Shown here in pieces: positions 38,171-49,454 of a stretch of 64,000 bases of DNA. Positions within the stretch are counted from its first letter, which is position 1. Each line of letters starts with the position of its first letter. The notes under the pieces are model-generated. The model saw only the letters and a list, made by a program, of their open reading frames with translations, had not been told where the DNA came from and made no database searches. The translations under genes were made by a program, and so were the position numbers. The stretch comes from Lama guanicoe (taxonomy: Eukaryota), in assembly GCA_013239625.1 (NCBI GenBank), contig MU053645.1, forward strand, positions 1,418,274-1,482,273, read 5' to 3'.

Positions 38171-39700
38171 TACTATATTTTTATAATATGCCTTGGAAGG
38201 AAGGCCTCCATTTCCACCCCTGGCCTTTTGTTCTTTGGAGTCTAATAGTGATTACTAGCTCTAAATCTTCCATATAAGTTTTAGAAGCAGCTTATCAAGT
38301 TCCATGGAAAACTCTATTCAGAATTCGAATGGAATTGTGTTGAATCTATAGGTGAATGTGGGGAAAAGTTGCTAACTGCCAGTATTGAATCATCCTATCC
38401 ATGGTATATATCCCCACTTTTACAACATTTCCTATAATAGGGCTCACAACCTTTAAAAAAATTTGATGAGCTTATATTTGTAGTTGCTATTGAATGTTTT
38501 ATTTTTATTATACTTTGTTAACATTTCTAATAATTTTTCCTGATGAATAGAAATACAATTGATTTCTGTATATTGATTTTTAATCCATCAATCTTGCCAA
38601 ATTTTTATTACTTTGAATAATTTACTCTTGGATACTTTAAGTCTTTTAAAGTATAAAATCATATAATCTACAAAAGATGATAGCTTATTTTTTTCCTCTC
38701 CAATTATTAGGTCTTTATTTCTTTCCTGTATCTTTATACAATAGCTAGCACTTCTATAATAATACAGAATAGAAGTAATGAGAGTTAGCCCCCTTGTAGT
38801 GTTTCTTAATTTAAAGGGGATACTTTCAATATTCCTCCATCAAAAATGATGCTGGGTGTAGGATTTTTACAGATTCCCTGTAACAGGTTACAGAAGTTCC
38901 CTTTTATTTCTAGTTTGAAAAGCTTTTTTTTTTAAATCAATGAACTTTGGATTTTGCCTGATGCTTTTTCACATTTATTGAGATCATCCTATATTATTTT
39001 CTGTTAATGTAGTGAATTACACTAATTGATTTTCTAATGTTAAATCAATCTCATACTTCTCGGATAACTCTTGCTTGACTCTGAAATATTATCTTTCTTA
39101 TAATTTGTTGGATTTAATTTTATGTTGTTTTGTTTAAGACTTTTACGTCTGTGTTCGTGAGTGACTTTGTCCTATAATTTTACTTTTTTAAATTATCCTT
39201 ATCAAATTTTGTTCTCAAGGTTTTTACTGCCTCCATAGAAAGAGTTGAGGTATAGTCCCTGTTTTACTTTCTCTAGAATAATTTGTCTAGGATTGAAATA
39301 ACCCTTGGCCACACACTAAGCAATCTGAACTTGGTATTCTCATTATGGGCCAATTTTAAACTATGGATATTATTTCTTTAATAGTCATGGGACTAGTTAG
39401 TTATCATTCACCATCACATTGGGGGTGTGGTCTTTGCAAAAAGCAGGGATTTCCTGTAACGACCATCTGTCTCCACTCTGGATTTCACCTCCTGTTCCCC
39501 ACACCTAACGCAGTTTTTAAGGGGGTATCTCAGAGTCGCTAGAATTCAAGAAAAGCCCTCAGAGGAAAAGCTAGTTTCAGGACTAGTTTATCTCTCAGGG
39601 TTGCTCCTGTTTTCGACTACTTTTTGGCCTCTGTAAAATCCCTCCTTTTATGCCAACTCAGCAAAGTCTGCCATATGCTGGAAATGGAGGTTTCTGCAGG
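38170..39700 (-). mobile_element. Old L1 (L1M/L1ME) ORF2 and 5' remnants
   Basis: Reverse ORF2 motifs (GAAATACAATTGATTTCTGTATATTGA, AGAAGTTCCCTTTTATTTCTAGTTTG). Confidence 0.7.
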
Positions 39701-40144
39701 CTTCTTAAATACTCAGAACATATATCCTGTCAAATCTCAAAGTAGGGCTCTATTATAGAGAGTTTCCTAAGTTTATCTGACACCAGAAACCTTTTCTCTC
39801 AGAGAATGCTGAGGAATAAATGCTCCATAGATCACAACTTGGGAAATCCTGTGATCAATGATCTCTGTCCTCTTCCACCTCTAGCATACTATAGTTCTGT
39901 CCTTTTGTACCTTTAGAGAAAAATCACAGGCTTACATGGAGAGTAAATGTATTCAGTTATTCACTTTGAGGCAACTGGGTTAGTGTTATCCAAGACAGCT
40001 CTGAAATTTTAAGCACCCAGGGTAGCAAAACATGCCAAAGCTCATACAAGAGACATTCTTGAGCCTCTGGCAGTTAGAAAGAACACCAGGCCAATGGAAG
40101 CAACTATTTTTATACATGGGTAATTCTTAAAATCAAATGTTCAA

Positions 40145-41215
40145 ACCTCTGGCGTAACATAGATAACTAAACATACATGTTTATCTCCACTTTTTCCTGA
40201 ATCCCCACTAAAATGACAGTAAATGAATAAAAAGATATAAACCTGTAAGAACAAAGAGACTGGGAAGGGAGAAAACAGCAAATAAGAGAAATAAATGTCT
40301 TGGAAAATTGGAAAGCCAATGACTAAGTAGTAGCTGACTTAGGTCAGGTAAACTTGAAATCTAAACCTGCAGTAAGAGTAGTCATCAAGAAGCGAGTCTA
40401 TCTGGGCCTCAAAAATCCTAGAAAGCCTAAAGAATTAGAGATATAATGTATTACTGAAAGAAGGGGTACAGAATGGGGCTGATAACAGACAGCTACTTCC
40501 TACTCTACCCAGATCAACTTCTAGTAAAGTTTAATCAGAAAGGATCTGAACTTGGGGAAACCAGGAACAGTTGAAGATGCAAATGAAGGATCTTATTCAA
40601 ATGAAAGGCATTAAATGAATGTTCAATACATGCTGAATAGTAAAACCCTCAGCTCTTTTCCCTCATGCATCTCCCACAATGGACATGATTACATTGTCCA
40701 AGCAGGAAATTGGAAGGTACCTCTACAGAGATATTGAGCAGCCCATGAGAAAAGGTCTACAGGTATTAATAGGGGACCCCCCAATTTAAAAAGTGTGTCC
40801 TCACATAATTACCCATGTGATTTTTACTAGTTGGCAAGTCCTGCCCACAGATGCGTGTACATTCATGTCCTTTCATATTTAATAATGCCTCATGTTTAAA
40901 CATAAACATGTTCAGGAATCACCAAACATTTTAGAAAAGCCACTAACAGAAAACAGTTGAAAACGGGCATAGAAACAATGCAGGGAGTGGTAGATAAAGA
41001 CCATGATTAATATCCCCAGAGAGAGAAAACATATGTCATCCATGGAGCAAGAACAGTATGTTATAAAAAGAAATAACCAGAGAACAAGAAAGAACTCTTA
41101 GAAATTAAAAATCTCAAATAAAATATACATAAGAAGATTTTAATGATAAAATGGAGGAAATTTCTCAAAAAGTAGAAAAAGGGACAAAGAGTTGTAAAAT
41201 AGGAAAAATAAAAAC
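40145..41215 (+). mobile_element. HAL1-like (half-L1) or ancient L1 5' region
   Basis: CCCCACTAAAATGACAGTAAA..AAGAACAAAGAGA and ORF1-like CAGAGAACAAGAAAGAACTCTTAGAAATTAAAAAT. Confidence 0.6.
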
Positions 41216-41349
41216 ATTCACATTAAGGAAAACTTAATAAAGGGCATATAAGAACTCTCTGCAAAACTAAAATTATCTCAAAGCAAAATGTTTCAAAAGT
41301 ACAGTATTTTTTTAAAAAATGCCTCAATAGCTCTCAACTGTCTATAACT

Positions 41350-41565
41350 ATAGTCCAATATGGTAGCCACTATAGGTCATGTGGCTACTGAGCATCTGAA
41401 AACCTGGCTAGTTTAAAGTAAAATATGCTGTAAATATAAAATATACATTGGATTTTAAAGATTTAATATGATAAACAAGAATATAAAATACATCACTAAT
41501 TTTTATATTAATTATAAGTTGAAATGACAATATTTTGGCTCTACTGAGTTAAATAAATTACTAAA
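41350..41565. mobile_element. MER33-like hAT-Charlie element
   Basis: GTCCAATATGGTAGCCACTA..ATGTGGCTACTGAGCA..GTTGAAATGACAATATTTTGG. Confidence 0.8.
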
Positions 41566-42069
41566 ATTTTTAAAAAATAAAGAAAATTAAGTGTTCACAA
41601 AGTGAATTCTGCCTGTGTTGACCTGAAGCTGCCACTACTCATAGAAACCCACCCATCCACACAAAACTAGTCATCAGCAGTCAGTGAATAGAGGCATAGC
41701 CAGTTTCCAACTAGGGGCAGGGATTGAGCCAGAGTGGAGTGATGCTGGCTATTAGTTGGTGGGAAAAATGGACACATGCTACCCTTGGTTACCTTCCCTA
41801 TGTGTCTTGTTTTCACATTGTTTCCTCTGATGTATTTTCATCACACCAGCATAAAACATTTACAGTATGTGTTGAAATGGCTCCCCTTTTGGTGACTGCA
41901 TTCATGGAAAGCAATCTCTCCTCAGGTTCTTCTCACCTCAACCCAGCTCTACTTCTGACAGTATGAAGCCCATTATCTTAGAATGAATGGGGTTCTACAT
42001 CTCATTTTGTACATCATCAGGGGAGGCTTCTTAATAGATTCAAATTCTAAAGATTAGTACACTATGTTA

Positions 42070-42730
42070 AAAGGCCAGCAACCCAATGGAAAAAAAGTCA
42101 ATGCAACGGTTCACTGAAAAAAACATTCAAATGGCTCTTAAACATATGGAAATCTGTGCAACCTCACTAGTAATAAAATAATTGCAAAATAAAACAACTT
42201 AAATATACCTTTTAATCTATCAGATTGGCACAAATAACTAATCTGAAACTCACTATGTGGTGAGGCTAAAGGGAAAGGCATTTTCATACTTTGCTGGTGG
42301 GAGTGTAATTGATATACATCTATGGAGGGCAATTTGACAATATATAGAACAAATTTGTTACAAATGCATTTACCCTCTGATCAGCTATTCTATGTTTAAG
42401 AATTTATCCTTACAGATATACTTACAAACACATGAAGGCAACAATTAGAAAAAACACAATTCCATCGATAGGGATTTAGTGAGAAAAAAGTAGCACATAC
42501 TAATTAAATAGAATACTATACAGCTATAAAAAGAATGGTGAAGCCCTCTCTATATTGACATCAAAATATTTCCAAGATATCTTGTTAAGTGAAAAAAGTG
42601 AAATGCAGAGCGATGTGTATACTATACTGCTATTTGTGTAAAAAGAAGGTAGAGGTAATCATATACTCATATTTGCTTGTGTATGCAAAATAAAACTCTA
42701 GAAGGATACTTAAGAAACTATTAACAGTGT
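42070..42730 (+). mobile_element. L1ME-type 3' end
   Basis: Decayed ORF2 C-terminus (GCTGGTGGGAGTGTAA, GGAGGGCAATTTG) and 3'UTR. Confidence 0.7.
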
Positions 42731-44449
42731 TTTGTAAGATCTTTACAAAAAATATTTCCCTTCTCTTCAGGAACTCATGCACTTCTGTCAAATCCAGTCT
42801 TTTCCTAATTATCTTCATCCACCAACATTTACAGAAAGTCAGTTACCCCCATCACTCTGCAACCCCTCTATACCCTTGCCTTCCCCTTCAGCAACCTATT
42901 CATCTCCCAAGCTTGTGCTGATGAGCTATTCTGAGTTCTGTTAATGTCTTCATAGGGCAGCTCCTGCTCATAAGATTTTAAGAAGTGCTTTCCAAATCTT
43001 GAAGACAATGGTAGGTGTCGGTTTGGTGGTGGTTACCTTGTAAAGCTGACTGGAAGACAAGGAGAAAGATGGAGACAACCTTTGTGCATTTACGGCTTTG
43101 CAAAGGCCTTGTACTTTACAAAAAATTCAAGTAGTAAGTGAAAGATTCAGTACAGGCTAATATGACACAATGAAATCAAGTCCTCAAATCCTTAAAATCA
43201 CAGCCCTACAGAGTGCTTCTTTAGAGTCTGACGCTTTGTCAACTTTAAGTTGTGACAAGGATTTCTGTGAGCTTTGCTGAAAAAAGAGCTTTGTTGAAAA
43301 AGAAGCAGATATAGCATCTAGTTTTAAATGTCTTTTTCCCCAAATTCTACCTTTCTTCCAATACCCAGCTCTTTTTAAAGTCCTGAACACCTCCCTGGAT
43401 AAATCTCTAACATTGGAGGGAAGAGGCAGTGCCTCCATCCACCCAAAAGGAGAGTTAGATGACATGAATGCTTTTGCAGGAGGTAAAGGGGACGAAAGAT
43501 GATGAAACTTGCAGAAGTGAAGAGCCAGGCCAGAAAACCTCATTGGGGCCACTGCTTCTTTTGTTGAAGATGGTGGCCTTGGTGGAAAACATGAGCTGGG
43601 ATCATTAAAGTTTTGAAATCCCTGGACAGTCGAGGCTCTGTGGGTCCATTATGGCAGCCTCCGAAGTAAGAGCCTCAGCCAGGCTCAGCAAAATGGGTCT
43701 TTGACACATTGGAATGTGTTTACTGATTTCTCAGCAAAGGCTATTAAATGCTGGGTCGATTTTTTGTTTGTTTGTTTTTTGAAAGGAGGTGAAGAATAAA
43801 GTCTGTTTATGAAAAGGCTGGCACTTTGAAGGAAGCAGAAAAATACCTGCTGACAAACAAGAAAACATACAAGTTCATAGACCTTCAATCATTCTCAGCA
43901 TCTCCTGTACATCATAAGCCACATTTCATTTTCTTATCTCTGGGTACAAATGGCTGTCACCATATTTCCTCAGCACGTGAGCTATCTCTCTAACCTCTGT
44001 CATCCAGAAACACAAATATCATGTATGGTACACATGTTCGATTGCTAGGCAACACTCTTACCTTCCCCTCTGCTCCCTAGCTTTGCACTTTGTACCTATG
44101 AGACTATATTTTCACATCAAATGTGAGATGTGAACCATTCTTCTTAGCAGGGCGTCACAACAGCTTTGGCTACTGCCCATCTAAGAGTGCTTCCCATCCC
44201 TGGTCTTGATAACATCCTATAGTATCTCCCACATCTTAAGATGGTCTCGCAAGTCTCCGTAGAAAATCCATGCTGTGTATTCCAGAGAATACTATGCCAA
44301 AAAAAAAGAAAAAAAATCCACCCTAAGTTTTGAAAGTCTTATAACACCTTGAGGAAATGACTTGTGGCTACAACTTCAGCTAAAATATTAGTTGCAGGGT
44401 CAACACCAGGCAGCATCACAGCTACCAAAATATTGGGAAGCACATCATT

Positions 44450-44830
44450 TATTCTTCCATTCAGCATACATATATTAAGCTCCTGCTATGTAGCAAGTAC
44501 ACTGCCAAGTGCAGGGTACACAAAATAAAATGCAGCACTTTCCCTCATGGGGATTAAAGCCTGGCAAGAGGAGATAAATATGTAAATAGATGAATACAAT
44601 AGAGTATAACGATGGATGTCTGCGCGGGGTACAGTGGAGACTGAAGAATCAGGAGGTGACCTTTAAGGAATAAATAGGTAACCAGCTATATGGTGGTGTG
44701 ATGCGGGGACATGGGTAGTGGGATGTATTCCAAGTAGAGAGAGCAGCACAAGGAAAGGCACAGAAACATGAAACAGTCTGACATGTCCAGAGAAGAGGAA
44801 GTCTACATGGCTAAGGAAAAAGCCTTAACA
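44450..44830 (-). mobile_element. L2 3' end
   Basis: CATTCAGCATACATATATTAAGCTCCTGCTATGT..CCCTCATGGGGATTAAAGCCTGG. Confidence 0.7.
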
Positions 44831-44851
44831 AGTGAAACATGAAATAGGAAG

Positions 44852-45100
44852 TATGGTAGACTATTTTAGGAATGGCTCCCAAATTGTCCACAGATCCCTG
44901 GACGCACTTTGCAACTTTGCTACCCCTACCACTAAAACGTAGACTATTTCTCCACCCTTTGAGTCTGGGCTCAGCCAATGGACTTGTTTTAGCCAATGTG
45001 ACAATAGCAGTTGTGAGACTTGAAAAGTGCTTGTGCATTGAGGCTGGCCCTCTTTCGTTGCTGGTGATCCTGCAACCACCACCATGTGAATGAGCGGTGG
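44852..45100 (+). mobile_element. MLT1F/G-type MaLR LTR, 5' half
   Basis: CTATTTCTCCACCCTTTGAGTCTGGGC..GACTTGTTTTAGCCAAT..GACTTGAAAAGTGCTTGTGCATTG. Confidence 0.75.
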
Positions 45101-45279
45101 AACAGCCATCCATGAATATTCTCAGTTAACCAGAAAATGCAGCTCAGAAAACCCAATTGTTATTACGATGGGTAATTGAAAATGGGCTCTTCTCTAACTT
45201 TGTATAAGCCCACTGTATTTCATTTAAGTAAACTGTTTGGCAAGCCTTGTTTGCTTCAGGGAAAGTCACTTCCTTGTGC

Positions 45280-45470
45280 GCAGCAGCAGCACAGCTTTGT
45301 AGTTAAAGATGCAGGCTCTATTGAACGAGGGTTCCAGTCTTGGCTCTATTGCTTATGTGGTGTGTGAATTGGGGCAAGTTATTGAATTTCCCTGAGCCAT
45401 GGTTTTCTCGCCTGTAAAATGGAAATAATGATACCTCTCAGGCTGTGTGAGGACAAAATGAGTTTTGTCA
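45280..45470 (+). mobile_element. MIR
   Basis: GTAGTTAAAGATGCAGGCTCT..GGGCAAGTTA..CTGTAAAATGGAAATAATGATACCT. Confidence 0.8.
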
Positions 45471-47349
45471 TGATTTAGTTTTCTCCGTCTGAGACACCAC
45501 AAGCAGCATTTACTACAGGCAAGGTATTCAACTGTCACTCTGCTCAGATTTCACATTTCTCTGAATAGCCTTAATAAAGGAAACTAGTGCCCAACTCAAC
45601 ACACAAGTGTTATGAATGAATCACTGGGTAGTTAAGACCCAGTAGCAATAGGAAGTCACCAGAGAAAGTGGGTAAAGAACTGAGGGGCGCTTGCACTGTT
45701 TCTTCTTCCACTTAGCCACCTGGTCTCCCTGAAGTGAGAGGAGTAGAATGACTATTCACTTCCTCCAAGGCATTCAGCTGTTTCAAGGAATTCATTACCC
45801 AAGTATGTCACCTCAACTGAAATATTCCCAGCAGCATTTACAAGTGTCATACTCATCTTCTTCCACTGAGAGCAAACTCAGTCCCTAGGCTGAAATTTTG
45901 ACATCAACTTCCAAAACATCTTTCTCTTCTCCCTACTGCTATGCCTCACAAAACTTGCTTTAGTACCACACAGAGCACCTCTTTGATCGTCCCAAGGATT
46001 GATTTCCCTTCATAGAACCCTGAAGAACTTCCTGCTTTGATGCAGTTTGCTGGAGGAATGCCTCCAAGACAGCCTAAGCAGCCAAGATTTCATCATCAGA
46101 ACTGCCATAGAAAACTGCAAAACTGTCATACCACATCTCAGGAGCAGGACTTATTAATCAGTCAAGAAGACTGACAGATTTCTGCAATCCTATGAAAATG
46201 ATTAATATGTCTATAACTTCTTCTGAAAATCCCCCAAATCTCACTCATTTTATCCCAACAGAGATCAAGAATGGCAGCACAGATCCCACATTGCATAACT
46301 TTTGTAGCCTAGAGGTCAACCTTCCTATAAGCACTGTGAGCAAGGTGAAAGTGATTTATAAAACTTGTCTGGCTAGCAGGCTTCTTGCCTCCAGCTGCAA
46401 AGCTCCAGGACTCCACCTACCTCCTGTTTCCCCACCAGCTGTATTATAATCCTTCATGGCCAAGGTTCTGAGCCACTGCTCTCTGTGGTAGTAACACTCA
46501 GTCCACCAGTTATGCTTCTTCTTCCAAGACTAAAGTTTAATTGGTTTCAATATTCCTTCTCACTTTTACCAAACCTCAGTGGAGCCATCCTGAAGAACCT
46601 CATTAAGTTAATTGGCAAAAGAGAAAGAGCTACACTGGCTTCAGACAAGTGCTCAAGGACAAGCATTCAACAGTGCTCCAACTCCCCCGGATCACCTAAT
46701 AGAAGCTGACCAAGCAAGCAGTTGTAATTAGAAAGCCAAGTGGGTAGATCAGATGGTTTCAAGAATGGGTAAGCTACTTTGCATTTCTAGGAGAGGCAAA
46801 GCGATGACTAATAGATGAGGACTGATCTCTCCACCAGCATACATGGCAAAACATGGTTCCAAGGCAACTCTCAGCTCAGTAATCATACCTTTTTGACTCC
46901 ATTTTATGAAAATGCAGAGCTTCTTAATTTGGTGATGATGGGAAGAGAAGATATATGGCAGATGCTGCATTTTTCTATCTGATAGGAAAATTAGCTAGAA
47001 AGAGCATGACTTTTGTGTAAGATAACCCTAGTATCTTTGTGCCAATTGTCACATAAGGACAAACTCACCAGTAGGCCCTTATCTCCATCTAGTCGAAATC
47101 ACTATCTTATGGTCCCCTCCAGGTTATCCAATCCAAAAAGCAATATAAAAACAGGATAAAACAAAAGACATTTCTTTTAGGGATTATTGGGTACCCACCC
47201 TACACGTGTGTTGTTTATGCTAACTCTGACTTCCTGGACCCTTGGCTTCCCAGGACTTCCTGATTGCCCACTTGAATCTACTATAAGTACTTTTTCTCCA
47301 CCTTAGCAACTAGTCACTTGGAATTTGACCTCTTTCTTGATCGCCTATA

Positions 47350-47500
47350 AAGCTACTATGTGTCAATTACTGAATTAAGTGCTTTAAAGTTACCTCATTT
47401 AATTATCAGAACAGCTCTCTGATATTGGTATTATTACTCTCACTTTTTACAGATGAGGAAAATAAGATCCAGAATAGTTAGGTACTTGCTCAAGCCCTAT
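47350..47500 (-). mobile_element. MIR
   Basis: CTCATTTAAT..TTTTACAGATGAGGAAA..ACTTGCTCAAG. Confidence 0.7.
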
Positions 47501-47559
47501 GGTATCAACTCATTCACTCCTGCTCTGCTAAATTCTTATTCTGTACCCTCTTTTCTAAA

Positions 47560-47895
47560 AAGTTATTGCTATTTAATTCACAGGCCATAAAATTCATCCA
47601 GCATGTACAAGTCACTAGTTTTGACTCTATTTACAAGTTGTGAAGCTAAGTTTAGAAAATTATCATCCCAAAAAGGAAACCCTACATAAGAACAATCACT
47701 CCCCATTCTTCTCCACATCCTGCCCTAAACCTAGGAAACCATTTAATTACTAGAACAAATCTGAGATAATCAGTAGTCTACTTTCTGTCTCTATAGATTT
47801 CCATATTCTGTGTATTTCATACAAGTGTAATATACAGCATGTGGTCTTCTACGACTGGTTCTTTTCACTCAGCATGTTTTCAAGTTTCATCCAAA
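47560..47895 (-). mobile_element. L1MB-type 3' end
   Basis: CCATAAAATTCA..CACTCCCCATTC..CTACTTTCTGTCTCTATAGATTT..CTTTTCACTCAGCATGTTTTCAAG. Confidence 0.75.
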
Positions 47896-47987
47896 TTTAT
47901 GGAGGTCCTTACTCCACCATTCCAGAAGTTCTGTCTCTCTGTCCTCTCTTAACTAGTCCTATCCTTGTTGACATCTGTACATTGTAT

Positions 47988-48489
47988 TGTCGACTGAAAT
48001 AAATGCACAGCCTAAAAGTTGAGAGTTATCTTTTATTCGGTGGACGTTTCTGAGGACTCAAACCCCTTTGAGCCTGGGATGATGGCCTCCCAGATTGCTC
48101 TGAGGGACTGCTCCAAAGAGGTAGGGGAGGAGCCAGGATCTATAGGAGTTTTACAACAAAGACCAGGTAGGTAGTCGGAACATTAAAAGATTACTTGTTT
48201 GCTAAAGAAAACCAAACATCTCAAGCTAAATAATTTAGCGCTTTTCAATGTATGGGAGGGAGCAAACTTTTGGGCTCACTGAATTCATTCCTTTGACAAG
48301 CACCTAGCTATCTAGGGCCAGTATCCTGTCCTTTCTTATTCTGAGTCCCCTCAGAGTGCACCACTGTGAGTGGCTGCAGAGGCCGGGTTGCAGGCTTGTC
48401 TTCCCTGGGGGGTGGCGACAGCCGCTGATGACTTGATGGCTTCAGCATCCTTTGTTTACTGATACAGTTTGCAGTATTTTTCGTTCACA
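47988..48489 (-). mobile_element. ERV1 (class I) complete solo LTR
   Basis: TG..CA termini; perfect 4-bp TSD GTAT at 47984-47987 and 48490-48493; AATAAA and TATA-like box on the minus strand. Confidence 0.9.
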
Positions 48490-48888
48490 GTATGAAACTT
48501 ATTATCAACTCTAACTCACAGATTAATCCCATCTCACCCTCTCATCAGGCTAGTACTATATAGTCTATAATGAGCTTAATTATGTCCCCCCAAACATATC
48601 CAAATCAATCTGGTCAGTGGAATTAAAAGAATGGAATTCTATTCTTTGAGGTAACTTAATTATTTCCCTCACCACTGCTGACTATTTACTTCAGAATTAG
48701 GGTTTTCTCACTTTCAACTTATCTCCAAAGGCTATCAGCCCAATCATCTTCACCTTCCCCTAACTGAATAAGGAAACTTTTTAAGGTCTCCAATTTTCAA
48801 ACAAGATGAAGTGATAAAGTAATGCAGGTTACATTTTTTTTCTTCTGAAAAATGAAAATGTTCCCACTTCAATAACTCAAACAGCAAA

Positions 48889-48889
<1 letters not shown>

Positions 48890-48922
<33 letters not shown>
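48890..48922. repeat. (TG)n microsatellite
   Basis: Pure TG run. Confidence 0.95.
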
Positions 48923-48924
<2 letters not shown>

Positions 48925-49454
48925 CACTGAGTGGGTGTGTTTGGGAATGCTAACAACCAAGCTGGAGAATCTCACAACTTTTTAAGAGTTTTCTGGCTAC
49001 ATTTTGTGCTTTAAAATTCGGTCTCTGCTTGAAAGTCCAGCCCTTCCCTGGCTCTTTTCAGTTGCAAGATCTCTTCTAATTAGCGAAGCGTTGACATATT
49101 GCTATTCACAAGGGAGACTCCAGGTTCTTCCGTAAAGGTAATCAGTAATGAAACTCGAGCGGGGTGCCCTTTGTCAGGATAAAAGCCCGAGTGACCTAGG
49201 AGGATATGGGCAGCTGCAAGCTGCTGAAGAACACTGGGGGCTAAACGTTGAAAGGGGCCTTACCAGTTTCCTTATGCTGCTTTCTTTCCTTGGTGTTTGC
49301 AGTTGTCAAACTGCCCCAACAGATCAGATGCTGAACCAACTAATCCTCAACATGAAGATGCAGATTCTATATACAAGCTGTCTAGCCTCATCTACAGGGC
49401 ATTTTCAAAATTGAATTCTGAAGACACACATTTTTTTTAATTCAAATAAATGAG

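Noticed and set aside
43081..43122. Imperfect palindrome centred on CTTTGCAAAG
   Set aside because: About 42 nt with several bulges and no proper loop; no support for a structured RNA.
43184..43552. 122-aa minus-strand ORF
   Set aside because: Non-ATG start, no recognisable domain and no flanking splice or promoter support; length is compatible with chance.
47988..48489. Interferon-responsive GAS motif in this ERV1 LTR
   Set aside because: I checked each TTC in the LTR and none forms TTC-N3-GAA.
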